Assembly (NCBI GenBank): GCA_964016885.1 | Contig: OZ024741.1 | Span: forward strand, 410,812,001-410,876,000 | Direction: 5' to 3' | Origin: Eledone cirrhosa | Lineage: Eukaryota | DNA: 64,000 bases | Shown here: piece after piece, positions 14,350 through 30,600 of the stretch | How the letters are laid out: each line of letters starts with the position of its first letter | How positions within the stretch are numbered: the stretch's first letter is position 1 | Made by a program: the position numbers and the translations under genes | The notes under the pieces: model-generated | Databases searched by the model: none | Told to the model about the DNA's origin: nothing | What the model saw: the letters and a program-made list of their open reading frames with translations, nothing else

Positions 14350-17300
14350 TATATTGTTCTATATCCTCTCTGTTATACGTATGTCCTACATTTATATTAT
14401 ATTGTTTAAAAACCTTTGTTATACCTATGTCCTACTGTTATATTATATTGTTCTATATCCTCTGTGTTATACGTATGTCCTATTGTTATATTATATTGTT
14501 CTATATCCTCCGTGTTATACGTATGTCCTACTGTTATATTATATTGTTCTATATACTCTGTGTTATACCTATGTAATACTGTTATGTTATATTGTTTTAT
14601 ATCCTCTGGTTTATACGTATGTCCTACTGTTATATTATATTGTTGTATATCCTCTATGTTATACCAATCTCCTACTGTTATATTATATTGTTCTATATCC
14701 TCTGTGTTATACCTATGTCCTTCTGTTAAATTATATTGTTCTATATCCTCTGTTATACGTATGTCCTACTGTTATATTATATTGTTCTATATCCTCTATT
14801 ATGCCTATGTCCTACTGTTATATTATAGTGTTCTATATCCCCTGTGTTATACGTATGTAATACTGTTATATTATATTGTTCTATATCCTTTGTTATACGT
14901 ATGTCCTAATGTTATATGATATTGTTCTATATCCTCTGTTATACCTATGTCCTACTGTTATATTATATTGTTCTATATCCTCTGTTATACCTATATCCTA
15001 CTGTTATAGTATATTGTTCTATATCCTCTGTTATACCTATATTTAATGCTATATTATATTGTTCTATATCCTCTGTTATACGTATGTCCTACTGTTATAT
15101 TATATTGTTCTATATCTTCTGTTTTATGCCTATGTCCTACTGTTATATTATATTATTTTATATCCTCTGTGTTATACGTATGTCGTACTGTTATATTATA
15201 TTGTTCTATATCCTCTGTGTTATACGCATGTCCTACTGTTATCTTATATTGTTCTATATCCTCTGTTATATCTATGTCCTACTGTAAAATTATATTGTTC
15301 TATATCCTCTGTTATACCTATATCCTACTGTTATATTATATTGTTGTATATCCCCTGTTATACCTGTGTCCTACTGTTATATTATATTGTGCTATATCCT
15401 CCGTGCTATACATATGTCCTACTGTTATATTATATCGTTCTATATCCTCTGTGTTATACGTATGTCCTACTGTCATATTATATATTTCTATATCCTCTGT
15501 GTTATACCTATGTCCTACTGTTATAATATATTGTTCTATATCCTCTGTGTTATACGTATGTCCTACAGTTATATTATATTGTTCTATATCCTCTGTTATA
15601 CCTATGTCCTACTGTTAGATTATATGGTTCTATATCCTCTATGTTATACGTATGTCCTTCTGTTATATTATATTGTTCTATATCCTCTATGTTAAACCTA
15701 TGTCCTACTGTTACAATATATTGTTCTATATCCTCTCTGTTATACGTATGTACTACATTTATATTATATTGTTCTATATCCTTTGTTATACCTATGTCCT
15801 ACTGTTATATTATATTGTTCTATATCCTCTGTGTTATACATATGTCCTATTGTTATATTATATTGTTCTATATCCTCCGTGTTATACGTATGTCCTACTA
15901 TTATATTATACTGTTCTATATACACTGTGTTATACCTATGTAATACTGTTATGTTATATTGTTCTATATCCTCTGTGTTATACGTATGTCCTACTGTTAT
16001 ATTATGTTGTTCTATATCCTCTGTTATACCAATCTCCTACTGTTATATTATATTATTCTATAACCTCCGTGTTATACCTATATCCTTCTGTTAAATTATA
16101 TTGTTCTATATCCTCTGTTATGCCAATATCCTACTGTAATATTATATTGTTCTATATTCTCTGTGTTATACTTATGTCCTACGGTTATATTATATTGTTT
16201 ATATATTCTGTCCTATGCGTTCGTCCTACTGTTATATTATATTATTTTGTATCCTCTGTGTTATACCTATGTGCTACTGCTATATTATATTGTTCTATAT
16301 CCTCTGTGTTATAAGCATGTCCTACTGTTATCTGATATTGTTCTATATCCTCTGTTATATCTATGTCCAACTGTAAAATTATATTGTTCTATATCCTCTG
16401 TTATACGTATGTTCTACTGTTATATTATATTGTTCTATATCCTCTGCGTTATACCTATCTCCTACTGTTATATTATATTGTTCTATATCCCCCGTGCTAT
16501 ACCTATATCCTACTGTTATATTATATTGTTTTATATCCTCTGTGTTATACGTATGTCCTATTGTTATATTATACTGTTGTATATCCTCCGTGTTATACGT
16601 ATGTCCTACTGTTATATTATATTGTTCTATATCCTCTGTTATACCTATAATTTACTGTTATATTATATTGTTCTATATCCTCTGTTATACCTATATCCTA
16701 CTGTAATATTATATTGTTCTATATTCTCTGTGTTATACGTATGTCCTACGGTTATATTATATTGTTTATATCTACTGTGTTATGCGTTCGTCCTACTGTT
16801 ATATTATATTATTTTATATCCTCTATGTTATACCTATGTCCTACTGTTATATTATATTGTTCTATATCCTCTGTGTTTTAAGCATGTCCTACTGTTATCT
16901 GATATTGTTCTATATCCTCTGTTTTATTTATGTCCAACTGTAAAATTATATTGTTATATATCCTCTGTTATACGTATGTTCTACTGTTATATTATATTGT
17001 TCTATATCTTCTGTGTTATACGTATGTCCTACTGTTATATTATATTGTACTATATCCTCTGTTATACGTATGTTCTACTGTTATATTATATTGTTCTATA
17101 TCTACCGTGTTATACGTATGTTCTACTGTTATATTATATTGTTCTATATCCTCTGTGTTATACCTATCTCCTACTGTTATATTATATTGTTCTATATCTC
17201 CCGTGCTATACCTATATCCTACTGTTATATTATATTGTTCTATATCCTCTGTTATACGTACGTCCTTCTGTTATATTAAATAATTCTATATCCTCTCTGT

Positions 17301-17700
17301 TATACGTATGTCCTACATTTATATTATATTGTTCTATATCCTTTGTTATACCTATGTCCAACTGTTATATTATATTGTTCTATATCCTCTGTGTTATACG
17401 TATGTCCTATTGCTATATTATATTGTTCTATATCCTCCGTGTTATACGTATGTCCTACTGTTATATTGTATTGTTCTATATACTCTGTGTTATACCTATG
17501 TAATACTGTTATGTTACATTGTTCTATATCCTCTGTGTTATAGGTATGTCCTACTGTTATATTATATTGTTCTATATCCTCTATGTTATACCAATCTACT
17601 ACTGTTATATTATATTGTTCTATATCCTCTGTGTTATACCTATGTCCTTCTGTTAAATTATATTGTTCTATATCCTCTTTTATACGTATGTCCTACTGTT
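14350..17700 (-). repeat. Older, diverged higher-order unit: an ~8-monomer variant series at ~14360, ~15730 and ~17290
   Basis: The same ordered variants (CTACATTTAT, CCTTTGTT, CCTATTG, CCTCCGTG, GTAATACTGTTATG, ACCAATCT, TTCTGTTAAATT) appear in three places. ORF starts are 14416/15783/17343. The copies differ from each other at several positions. Confidence 0.72.
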
Positions 17701-20700
17701 ATATTATATTGTTCTATATCCTCTATTATACCTATGTCCTACGGTTATATTATATTGTTCTATATCCCCTGTGTTATACGTATGTAATACTGTTATATGA
17801 TATTGTTCTATATCCTCTGTTATACGTATGTCCTACTTTTATATTATATTGTTCTATATACTCTGTGTTATACCTATGTCCTACTGTTATATTATATTGT
17901 TCTATATCCTCTGTTATACCTATATACTACTGTTATGTTATATTGTTCTATATCCTCTGTTATACCTATAATTTACTGTTATATTATATTGTTCTATATC
18001 CTCTGTTATACCTATATCCTACTGTTATATTATATTGTTCTATATCCTCTGTTATACCTATAATTTACTGTTATATTATATTGTTCTATATCCTCTGTTA
18101 TACCTATATCCTACTGTTCTATTATATTATGCTATATCCTCTGTTATACCTATAATTGACTGTAATATTATATTGTTCTATATCCTCTGTGTTATACGTA
18201 TGTCCTATGGTTATATTATATTGTTCTATATCTTCTGTGTTATGCGTATGTCCTACTGTTATATTATATTGTTCTATATGCACTGTGTTATACGCATGTC
18301 CTACTGTTATCTTGTATTGTTCTATATCCTCTGTTATACCTATATCCTACTGTCATATTTTATTGTTCTATATCCCCTGTTATATCTGTGTTTTACTGTT
18401 ATATTATATTGTTCTATATCCTCTGTTATACGTACGTTCTACTGTTATATTATATTGTTCTATATCTTCTGTTATACGTACGTTCTACTGTTATATTATA
18501 TTGTTCTATATCTTCTGTGTTATACGTATGTCCTACTGTTATATTATATTGTTCTATATCCTCTGTGTTATACGTATGTCCTACTGTTATATTATATTGT
18601 TCTTTATCCTCTGTGTTATACGTATGTCCTACTGTTATATTATATTGTTCTATATCCTCTGTTATACCTATGTCCTACGGTTATATTATATTGTTCTATA
18701 TCCTCTGTGTTATACGTATGTCCTACTGTTATATAATATTTCCTATATCCTCTGTTTTATACGTATGTCCTACTGTTATATTAAATTGTTCAATATCCTC
18801 TGTGTTATACCTATGTCATACTGTTATATTATATTTTTCTATATCCTCTGTGTTATACCTGTGTCCGACTGTTATATTATATTGTTCTATATCTTCTGTG
18901 TTATACGTATGTTCTACTGTTATATTATATTGTTCTATATCCTCTCTGTTATAGCTATGTCATACTGTTATATTATATTGTTCTATATCCTCTGTGTTAT
19001 ACCTATGTCCTACTGTTATAATATATTGTCCTATATCCTCTGTTATACGTATGTTCTACTGTTATATTATATTGTTCTATATCCTATGTGTTATACGTAT
19101 GTCCCACTGTTATATTATATTGTTCTATATCCTCCGTGTTATACGTATGTCCTACTGTTATATTATATTGTTCGATATCCTCTGTGTTATACCTATGTCC
19201 ACCTGTTATGTTATATTGTTCTATATCCTCCGTGTTATACGTATGTCCCACTGTTATATTATATTGTTCTATATCCTCTGTTATACCTATATCCTACTGT
19301 TATATTATATTGTTCTATATCCTCTGTTATACCTATATCCTACTGTTATATTATATTGTTCTATATCCTCTGTTATACCTATAATTTACTGTTATATTAT
19401 AATGTTCTATATCCTCTGTTATACCTATATCCTACTGTAATATTATATTGTTCTATATCCTCTGTGTTATACGTATGTCCTACTGTCATAAAATATTGTT
19501 CTATATCTTCTGTATGACCTACTGTTATATTATATTATTTTATATCATCTGTGTTATACCTATGTCCTACTGTTATATTATATTGTTCTATATCCTCGGT
19601 GTTATACGCATGTCCTACTGTTATCTTCTATTGTTCTATATCCTCTGTTATATCTATGTCCTACTGTAAAATTATATTGTTCTATATCCTCTGTTATACC
19701 TATATCGTACAGTTATATTATATTGTTCTATATCCCTTGTTATACCTGTGTCCTACTGTTATATTATATTGTTCTATATCCTCCGTGCTATACATATGTC
19801 CTACTGTTATATTATATATTTCTATATCCTCTATGTTATACCTATGTCCTACTGTTATAATATATTGTTCTATATCCTCTCTGTTATACGTATGTCCTAA
19901 TTTTATATTATATTATTCTATATCCTTTATTATACCTATGTCCTACTGTTATAATATATTGTTCAATATCCTCTGTGTTATACCTATGTTATATTATACT
20001 GTTATATTATATTGTTCTATATCCTCCGTGTTATACATATGTCCTACTGTTATATTATATTGTTCTATATCCTCTGTGTTATACCTATGTCCTACTGTTA
20101 TATTATATTGCTCTATATCCCCTGTGTTATACGTATGCAATACTGTTATATTATATTGTTCTATATCCTCTGTTATACCTATATCGTACTGTTATATTAT
20201 ATTGTTCTATATCCTCTGTCATACGTATGTCCTACTGTTATATTATATTGTTCTATATCCTCTATTATACCTATGTCCTACTGTTATATTATATTGTTCT
20301 ATATCCCCTGTGTTATACGTATGTAATACTGTTATATTATATTGTTCTATATCCTCTGTTATACGTATGTCCTAATGTTATATGATATTGTTCTATATCC
20401 TCTGTTATTACTATGTCCTACTGTTATATTATATTGTTCTATATCCTCTGTGTTATACCTATGTCCTACTGTTATAATATACTGTTCTATATCCTCTGTT
20501 ATACCTAAATCCTACTGTTATATTATATTGTTCTATGTCCTCTGTTATACCTATAATTTACTGTTATATTATATTGTTCTATATCCTCTGTTATACCTAT
20601 TTCCTACTGTAATATTATATTGTTCTATATCCTGTGTGTTATACGTATTTCCTACGGTTATATTATATTGTTCTATATCTTCTGTGTTATGCGTATGTCC

Positions 20701-21689
20701 TACTGTTATATTATATTATTATATATCCTCTGTTTTATACTTATGTCCTACTGTTATATTATATTGTTCTATATCCTCTGTGTTATACGCATGCCCTACT
20801 GTTATCTCATATTGTTCTATATCCTCCGTTATATCTATGTCCTACTGTAAAAATATATTGTTCTATATCTTCTGTGTTATACGTATGTCCTACTGTTATA
20901 TTATATTGTTTTATATCCTCTGTGTTATACCTTTCTTATATTATACTGTTATATTATATTGTTCTATATCCTCTGTTTTATACCTATGTCCTCCTGTTAT
21001 ATTATATTGTTCTATATCCTCTGTGTTATACGCATGTCCTACTGTTATCTTATATTGTTCTATATCCTCTGTTATACCTGTGTCCTACTGTTATATTATA
21101 TCGTTCTATATCCTCTGTGTTATACCTATGTCCTACTGTTATAATATATTGTTCTATATCCTCTGTGTTATACGTATGTCCTACTGTTATATTATATTGT
21201 TCTATATCCTCTTTTATACCTATGTCCTACTGTTAGATTATATGGTTCTATATCCTCTATGTTATACGTATGTCCTTCTGTTATATTATATTGTTCTATA
21301 TCCTCTATGTTATACGTATGTCCTACTGTTATATTATATTGTTCTATATCCTCTGTGTTATACCTATGTCATACAGTTTTATTATATTATTTTCTATCCT
21401 GTGTTTTATACCTATATCCTACTGTTATATTATATTTTTCTATATCCTTTGTGTTATACGTATGTCCTACTGTTATATTATATTGTTCTATATCCTCTGT
21501 TATAACTATGTCCTACTGTTATATTATATTGTTCTATATCCTCTGTTATACCTATGTCCTACTGTTATATTATATTGTTCTATATCCTCCGTGTTATACG
21601 TATCTGCTACTGTTATATTATATTGTTCTATATCCTCTGTTATACGTATGTCCTACTGTTATATTATATTGTTCTATATCCTCTGTGTT

Positions 21690-24600
21690 ATACGTTATGT
21701 CCTACTGTTATATTATATTGATCTGTATTCTCTGTGTTATACGTATGTCCTACTGTTATATTATATTGTTCTTTATCCTCTGTTATACCTATGTCCTACT
21801 GTTATATTATATTGTTCTATATCCTCTGTGTTATACGTATGTCCTACTGTTATATTATATTGTTCTATATCCTCTGTGTTATACGTATCTCCTACTGTTT
21901 TATTATATTGTTCTATATCCTCTGTGTTATACGTATGTCCTTCTGTTTTATTATATTGTTCTATATCCTCTGTGTTATACGTATGTCCTTCTGTTATATT
22001 ATATTTTTCTATATCCTCTCTGTTATACGTATGTCCTACTGTTATATTATATTGTTCTATATCCTCTGTGTTATGCGTATGTACTACTGTTATATTATAT
22101 TGTTCTATATGCTCTATTATACGTATGTCCTACTGTTATATTATATTGTTCTATATCCTCTGTGTTAAACGTATCTCCTACTGATATATTATATTGTTCT
22201 ATATTCTCTGTTATACCTATGTCCTACTGTTATATTATATTGTTCTATATCCTCTGTGTTATACGTATGTCCTTCTGTTATATTATATTGTTCTTTATCC
22301 TCTCTGTTATACGTATGTCCTACTGTTATATCATATTGTTCTATATCCTCTGTTTTATGCATATGTCCTACTGTTATATTATATTGTCCTGTATCCTGTT
22401 TTATACGTATGTCCTACTGTTATATTAAATTGTTCTATATCCTCTGTGTTATACCTATGTCATACTGTTTAATTATATTATTTTCTATCCTCTGTTTTAT
22501 ACCTATGTCCTACTGTTATATTATATTATTCTATATCCTCTGTGTTATACGTATGTCCTACTGTTATGTTATATCGTTGTATATCCTCTTTGTTATACGT
22601 ATGTCCTACTCTTATATTATATGTTTCTATATCCTCTATGTTATACCTATGTCCTACTGTTATATGATATTTTTCTAATCCTATGTGTTATACGTATGTC
22701 CTACTGTTATATTATATTGTTCTATATCCTCTGTTATACCTATATCCTACTGTTATATTATATTGTTCTATATCCACTGTTATACCTATGTTCTACTGTT
22801 ATAATATATTGTTCTATATCCTCTGTGTTATACGTATGCCTACTATTATATTATATTGTTCTATATCCCCTGTGTTATACCTATGTCCTACTGTTATATT
22901 ATATTGTTCTATATCCTCTGTGTTATACGCATGTCTACTGTTATATTATATTGTTCTATATCCTCTGTGTTACACCTATGTCCTACTGTTATATTATATT
23001 TTTCTATATCCTCTGTTATACCTATGCCCTACTGTTATATTATATTGTTCGATATCCTCTGTGTTATACGTATGCCTACTGTTATGTTATATTGTTCTAT
23101 ATCCTCTGTTATACCTATGCCCTACTGTTATATTATATTGTTCTATATCCTCTGTGTTATACGCATGTCTACTGTTATAAAATATTGTTCTATATCCTCT
23201 GTGTTACACCTATGTCCTACTGTTATATTATATTTTTCTATATCCTCTGTTATACCTATGCCCTACTGTTATATTATATTGTTCGATATCCTCTGTGTTA
23301 TACGTATGCCTACTGTTATGTTATATTGTTCTATATCCTCTGTTATACCTATGCCCTACTGCTATATTATATTGTTCTATATCCTATGTGTTATTCGTAT
23401 GTCCTACTGTTATATCATATCGTTGTATATCCTCTGTGTTATACGTATGTCCTACTGTTATATTATATTGTTCCATATTCTCTGTGTTATACGTATGTAC
23501 TACTGTTATATTATATTGTTCTATATCCTCTGTTATACCTATGTCCTACTGTTATATTATATTGTTCTATATCCTCTGTGTTATACGTATGTCCTACTGT
23601 TATATAATATTGTCCTATATCCTGTTTTATACGTGTGTCCTACTGTTATATTAAACTGTTCTATATCCTCTGTGTTATACCTATCTTCTACTGATATATT
23701 ATACTCTTCTATATCCTCTGTGTTATTCGTATGTCCTACAGTTATATTATATCGTTGTATATCCTCTGTGTTATACGTATGTCCTACTGTTATATTATAT
23801 GTTTCAATATCCTCTGTGTTATACCTATGTCCTACTGTTATATTATATTATTCTATATCCTCTGTGTTATACGTATGTCCTACTGTTATATTATATTGTT
23901 CGATATCCTCTGTTATACCTATGACCTACTGTTATATTATATTGTTCTATATCCTCTGTTATACCTATGTCCTACTGTTATATTATGTTTCTATATCCTC
24001 TGTGTTATACGTATGTCCTACTGTTATATTATATTGTTCTATATCCTCTCTGTTATACCTATGTCCTACTGTTATATTATATTGTTCTATATCCTCTGTG
24101 TTATACGTATGTCCTACTGTTATATTACATTGTTCCTTATCCTCTGTGTTATACGTATGTCCTACCGTTATATTATATTGTCCTATATCCTGTTTTATAC
24201 GCATATCTTACTGTTATATTATATTGTTCTATATCCTCTGTGTTATACCTATGTCCTACTCTTATATTATGTTTCTATATCCTCTGTGTTATACGTATGT
24301 CCTACTGTTATATTATATCGTTGTATATCCTCTGTGTTATACGTATGTCCTACTCTTATATTATATGTTTCTATATCCTCTGTGTTATACCTATGTCATA
24401 CAGTTTTATTATATTATTTTCTATCCTCTGTTTTATACCTATATCCTACTGTTATATTATATTATTCTATATCCTCTGTGTTATACGTATGTCCTACTGT
24501 TATATTATATTGTTCGATATCCTCTGTTATAGCTATGTCCTACTGTTATATTATATTGTTCTATATCTTCTGTGTTATACGTATGTCCTACTGTTATATT

Positions 24601-27600
24601 ATATTGTTCTATATCCTCTGTGTTATTCGTATGTCCTACTGTTATATTATATCGTTGTATATCCTCTGTGTTATACCTATGTCATACAGTTTTATTATAT
24701 TATTTTCTATCCTGTTTTATACCTATATCCTACTGTTATATTATATTATTCTATATCCTCTGTGTTATACGTATGTCCTACTGTTATATTATATTGTTCT
24801 ATATGCTCTGTTATAACTATGTCCTACTGTTATATTATATTGTTCTATATCCTCTGTGTTATACGCATGTCTTACTGTTATACTATATTGTTCTATATCC
24901 TCTGTGTTATACGTTTGCCCTACTGTTATATTATATTGTTCTATATCCTCTGTGTTATACGTATGTCCTACTGTTATATTATATTGTTCTATATCCTCTG
25001 TGTTATACGTATCTCCTACTGTTATATTATATTGTTCTATATCCTCTGTTATACGTGTGTCCTACTGTTATATTAGATTGTTCTATATCCTATGTGTTAT
25101 ACGTACGTCCTACTGTTATACTATATTGATCTGTATCCTCTGTGTTATACGTATGTCTTACTGTTATATTATATTTTTCTATATCGTCTGTTATACCTAT
25201 GTCCTACTGTTATATTATATTGTTCTATATCCTCTGTGTTATACGTATGTCCTACTGTTATATTATATTGTTCTATATGCTCTGTGTTATACGTATCTCC
25301 TACTGTTATATTATATTGTTCTATATCCTCTGTGTTATACGTATGTCCTTCTGTTATATTATATTGTTCTATATCCTCTCTGTTATACGTATGTCCTACT
25401 GTTATATTATATTGTTCTATATCCTCTGTGTTATGCGTATGTACTACTGTTATATTATATTTTCTATATCCTCTGTTATACGTATGTCCTACTGTTATAT
25501 TATATTGTTCAATATCCTCTGTGTTATACGTATCTCCTACTGTTATATTATATTGTTCTATATCCTCTGTTATATAAATGTCCTACTGTTATATTATATT
25601 GTTCTATATCCTCTGTGTTATACGTATGTCCTTCTGTTATATTATATTGTTCTATATCCTCTCTGTTATAGGTATGTCCTACTGTTATATTATATTGTTC
25701 TATATCCTCTGTGTTATGCGTATGGGCTACTGTTATATTATATTGTCCTATATCCTGTTTTATACGTATGTCCAACTGTTATATTAAATTGTTCTATATA
25801 CTCTGTGTTATACCTATGTTCTACTGTTATATTATACTCTTCTATATCCTCTGTGTTATACCTACGTCCTACTGTTATATGATATTGTTCTATATCCTAT
25901 GTGTTATACGCATGTCCTACCGTTATATTATATTGTTCTATATCCTCTGTTATACCTATGTCCTACTGTTATATTATATTGTTCTATATCCTCTGTTATA
26001 CCTATGTTCTACTGTTATAATATATTGTTCTATATCCTCTGTGTTATACCTATGTCCTACTGTTATATTATTTTGTTCTATATCCTCTGTGTTATACCTA
26101 TCTCCTACTGTTATATTATATTGTTCTATATCTTCTGTGTTGTACGTATGTCCTACTGTTATATTATATTGTTCTATATCCTCTTTGTTATTCGTATGTC
26201 CTACTGTTATATTATATCGTTGTATATCCTCTGTGTTATGCGTATGTACTACTGTTATATTATATTGTTTTATATCCTCTGTTATACGTATGTCCTACTG
26301 TTATATTATATTGTTCTATATCCTCTGTGTTATACGTATCTCCTACTGTTATATTATATTGTTCTATATCCTCTGTTATAACTATGTGCTACTGTTATAT
26401 TATATTGTTCTATATCCTCTGTGTTATACGTATGTCCTTCTGTTATATTATACTGTTCTATATCCTCTCTGTTATACGTATGTCCTACTGTTATATTATA
26501 TTGTCCTATGTCCTGTTTTATACGTATGTCCTACTGTTATATTAAATTGTTCTATATCCTCTGTGTTATACCTATGTTCTACTGTTATATAATATTGTCC
26601 TATATCCTCTGTTTTATACGTATGTCCTACTGTTACATTATATTGTTCTATATCCTCTGTTATACGTATGTCCTACTGTTATATTATATTGTCTATATCC
26701 TCTGTGTTATATGTATGTCGTACTGTTATATTAAACTGTTCTATATCCTCTGTGTTATACCTATCTTCTACTGTTATATTATACTTTTCTATATCCTCTG
26801 TGTTATACCTATGTCCTACTGTTATATTATATCGTTATATATCCTCTGTGTTATACGTATGTCCTACTCTTATATTATATGTTTCTATATCCTCTGTGTT
26901 ATACCTATGACCTACTGTTATATGATATTGTTCTATATCCTATGTGTTATACGTATGTCCTACTGTTATATTATATTGTTCTATATCATCTGTTATACCT
27001 ATGTTCTACTGTTATATCATATTGTTCTATATCCTCTGTTATACCTACCTCTCTGTTATACGTATGTCCTACTGTTATACGATATTGTTCTATATCCTGT
27101 TTTATACGTATGTCCTACTGTTATATTAAATTGTTCTATATCCTGTGTATTATACCTATGTTCTACTGTTATATTATACTCTTCTATATCCTCTATGTTA
27201 TACGTATGTCCTACTGTTATATTATATCGTTGTATATCCTGTGTTATACGTATGTCCTACTCTTATATTATATGTTTCTATATCCTCTGTGTTATACCTA
27301 TGTCCTACTGTTATATGATATTGTTCTATATCCCCTGTTATACCTATGTCCTACTGTTATATTATATTGTTCTATATCCTCTGTTATACCCATGTTCTAC
27401 TGTTATAATATATTGTTCTATATCTTCTGTGTTATACGTATGCCTACTGTTATATTATATTGTTCTATATCCTCTGTGTTATTCGTATGTCCTACTGTTA
27501 TATTATATCGTTGTATATCCTCTGTGTTATTCGTATGTCCTACTGTTATATTATATCGTTGTATATCCTCTGTGTTATACGTATGTCCTACTCTTATATT

Positions 27601-30600
27601 ATATGTTTCTATATCCTCTGTGTTATACCTATGTCATACTGTTTTATTATATTATTTTCTATCCTCTCTTCTATACATATGTCCTACTGTTATAATATTT
27701 TTTTCTATATCCTATGTGTTATACGTATTTCCTACTGTTATATTATATTGTTCTATATCCTCTGTCCTACTGTTATATTATATTGTTCTATATCCTCTGT
27801 GTTATACCTATATACTACTGTTATATTATATTGTTCTATATCCTCTGTGTTATACGTATGTCCTACTGTTATATAATTTTGTCCTATATCCTCTGTTTTA
27901 TACGTATGTCCTAATGTTCTATTAAATTGTTCTATATCCTCTGTGTTATACCTATGTCCTACTGTTATATTATACTGTTCTCTATCCTCTGTGTTATTCG
28001 TACGTCCTACTGTTATATTATATCGTTCTATATCCTCTGTTATACCTATGTCCTACTGTTATATTATATTGTTCTATATCCTCTGTGTTATACGTATGTC
28101 CTACTGTTATATTATATTGTTCTATATCCTCTGTGTTATACGTATGTCCTACTGTTATATTATATTGATCTGTATTCTCTGTGTTATACGTATGTCCTAC
28201 TGTTATATTATATTGTTCTTTATCCTCTGTTATACCTATGTCCTACTGTTATATTATATTGTTCTATATCCTCTGTGTTATACGTATGTCCTACTGTTAT
28301 ATTATATTGTTCTATATCCTCTGTGTTATACGTATCTCCTACTGTTTTATTATATTGTTCTATATCCTCTGTGTTATACGTATGTCCTTCTGTTTTATTA
28401 TATTGTTCTATATCCTCTGTGTTATACGTATGTCCTTCTGTTATATTATATTTTTCTATATCCTCTCTGTTATACGTATGTCCTACTGTTATATTATATT
28501 GTTCTATATCCTCTGTGTTATGCGTATGTACTACTGTTATATTATATTGTTCTATATGCTCTATTATACGTATGTCCTACTGTTATATTATATTGTTCTA
28601 TATCCTCTGTGTTAAACGTATCTCCTACTGATATATTATATTGTTCTATATTCTCTGTTATACCTATGTCCTACTGTTATATTATATTGTTCTATATCCT
28701 CTGTGTTATACGTATGTCCTTCTGTTATATTATATTGTTCTTTATCCTCTCTGTTATACGTATGTCCTACTGTTATATCATATTGTTCTATATCCTCTGT
28801 TTTATGCGTATGTCCTACTGTTATATTATATTGTCCTGTATCCTGTTTTATACGTATGTCCTACTGTTATATTAAATTGTTCTATATCCTCTGTGTTATA
28901 CCTATGTCATACTGTTTAATTATATTATTTTCTATCCTCTGTTTTATACCTATGTCCTACTGTTATATTATATTATTCTATATCCTCTGTGTTATACGTA
29001 TGTCCTACTGTTATGTTATATCGTTGTATATCCTCTTTGTTATACGTATGTCCTACTCTTATATTATATGTTTCTATATCCTCTGTGTTATACCTATGTC
29101 CTACTGTTATATGATATTTTTCTATATCCTATGTGTTATACGTATGTCCTACTGTTATATTATATTGTTCTATATCCTCTGTTATACCTATATCCTACTG
29201 TTATATTATATTGTTCTATATCCACTGTTATACCTATGTTCTACTGTTATAATATATTGTTCTATATCCTCTGTGTTATACGTATGCCTACTATTATATT
29301 ATATTGTTCTATATCCCCTGTGTTATACCTATGTCCTACTGTTATATTATATTGTTCTATATCCTCTGTGTTATACGCATGTCTACTGTTATATTATATT
29401 GTTCTATATCCTCTGTGTTACACCTATGTCCTACTGTTATATTATATTTTTCTATATCCTCTGTTATACCTATGCCCTACTGTTATATTATATTGTTCGA
29501 TATCCTCTGTGTTATACGTATGCCTACTGTTATGTTATATTGTTCTATATCCTCTGTTATACCTATGCGCTACTGTTATATTATATTGTTCTATATCCTC
29601 TGTGTTATACGCATGTCTACTGTTATATTATATTGTTCTATATCCTCTGTGTTACACCTATGTCCTACTGTTATATTATATTTTTCTATATCCTCTGTTA
29701 TACCTATGCCCTACTGTTATATTATATTGTTCGATGTCCTCTGTGTTATACGTATGCCTACTGTTATGTTATATTGTTCTATATCCTCTGTTATACCTAT
29801 GCCCTACTGCTATATTATATTGTTCTATATCCTATGTGTTATTCGTATGTCCTACTGTTATATCATATCGTTGTATATCCTCTGTGTTATACGTATGTCC
29901 TACTGTTATATTATATTGTTCCATATTCTCTGTGTTATACGTATGTACTACTGTTATATTATATTGTTCTATATCCTCTGTTATACCTATGTCCTACTGT
30001 TATATTATATTGTTCTATATCCTCTGTGTTATACGTATGTCCTACTGTTATATAATATTGTCCTATATCCTGTTTTATACGTGTGTCCTACTGTTATATT
30101 AAACTGTTCTATATCCTCTGTGTTATACCTATCTTCTACTGATATATTATACTCTTCTATATCCTCTGTGTTATTCGTATGTCCTACAGTTATATTATAT
30201 CGTTGTATATCCTCTGTGTTATACGTATGTCCTACTGTTATATTATATGTTTCAATATCCTCTGTGTTATACCTATGTCCTACTGTTATATTATATTATT
30301 CTATATCCTCTGTGTTATACGTATGTCCTACTGTTATATTATATTGTTCGATATCCTCTGTTATACCTATGACCTACTGTTATATTATATTGTTCTATAT
30401 CCTCTGTTATACCTATGTCCTACTGTTATATTATGTTTCTATATCCTCTGTGTTATACGTATGTCCTACTGTTATATTATATTGTTCTATATCCTCTCTG
30501 TTATACCTATGTCCTACTGTTATATTATATTGTTCTATATCCTCTGTGTTATACGTATGTCCTACTGTTATATTACATTGTTCCTTATCCTCTGTGTTAT

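Noticed and set aside
13900-14660. Perfect palindrome or fold-back chimeric-read artefact centred on the junction
   Set aside because: Private variants on the two sides are not mirror-symmetric, so it is not an exact palindrome. A contig mis-join cannot be fully excluded without reads.
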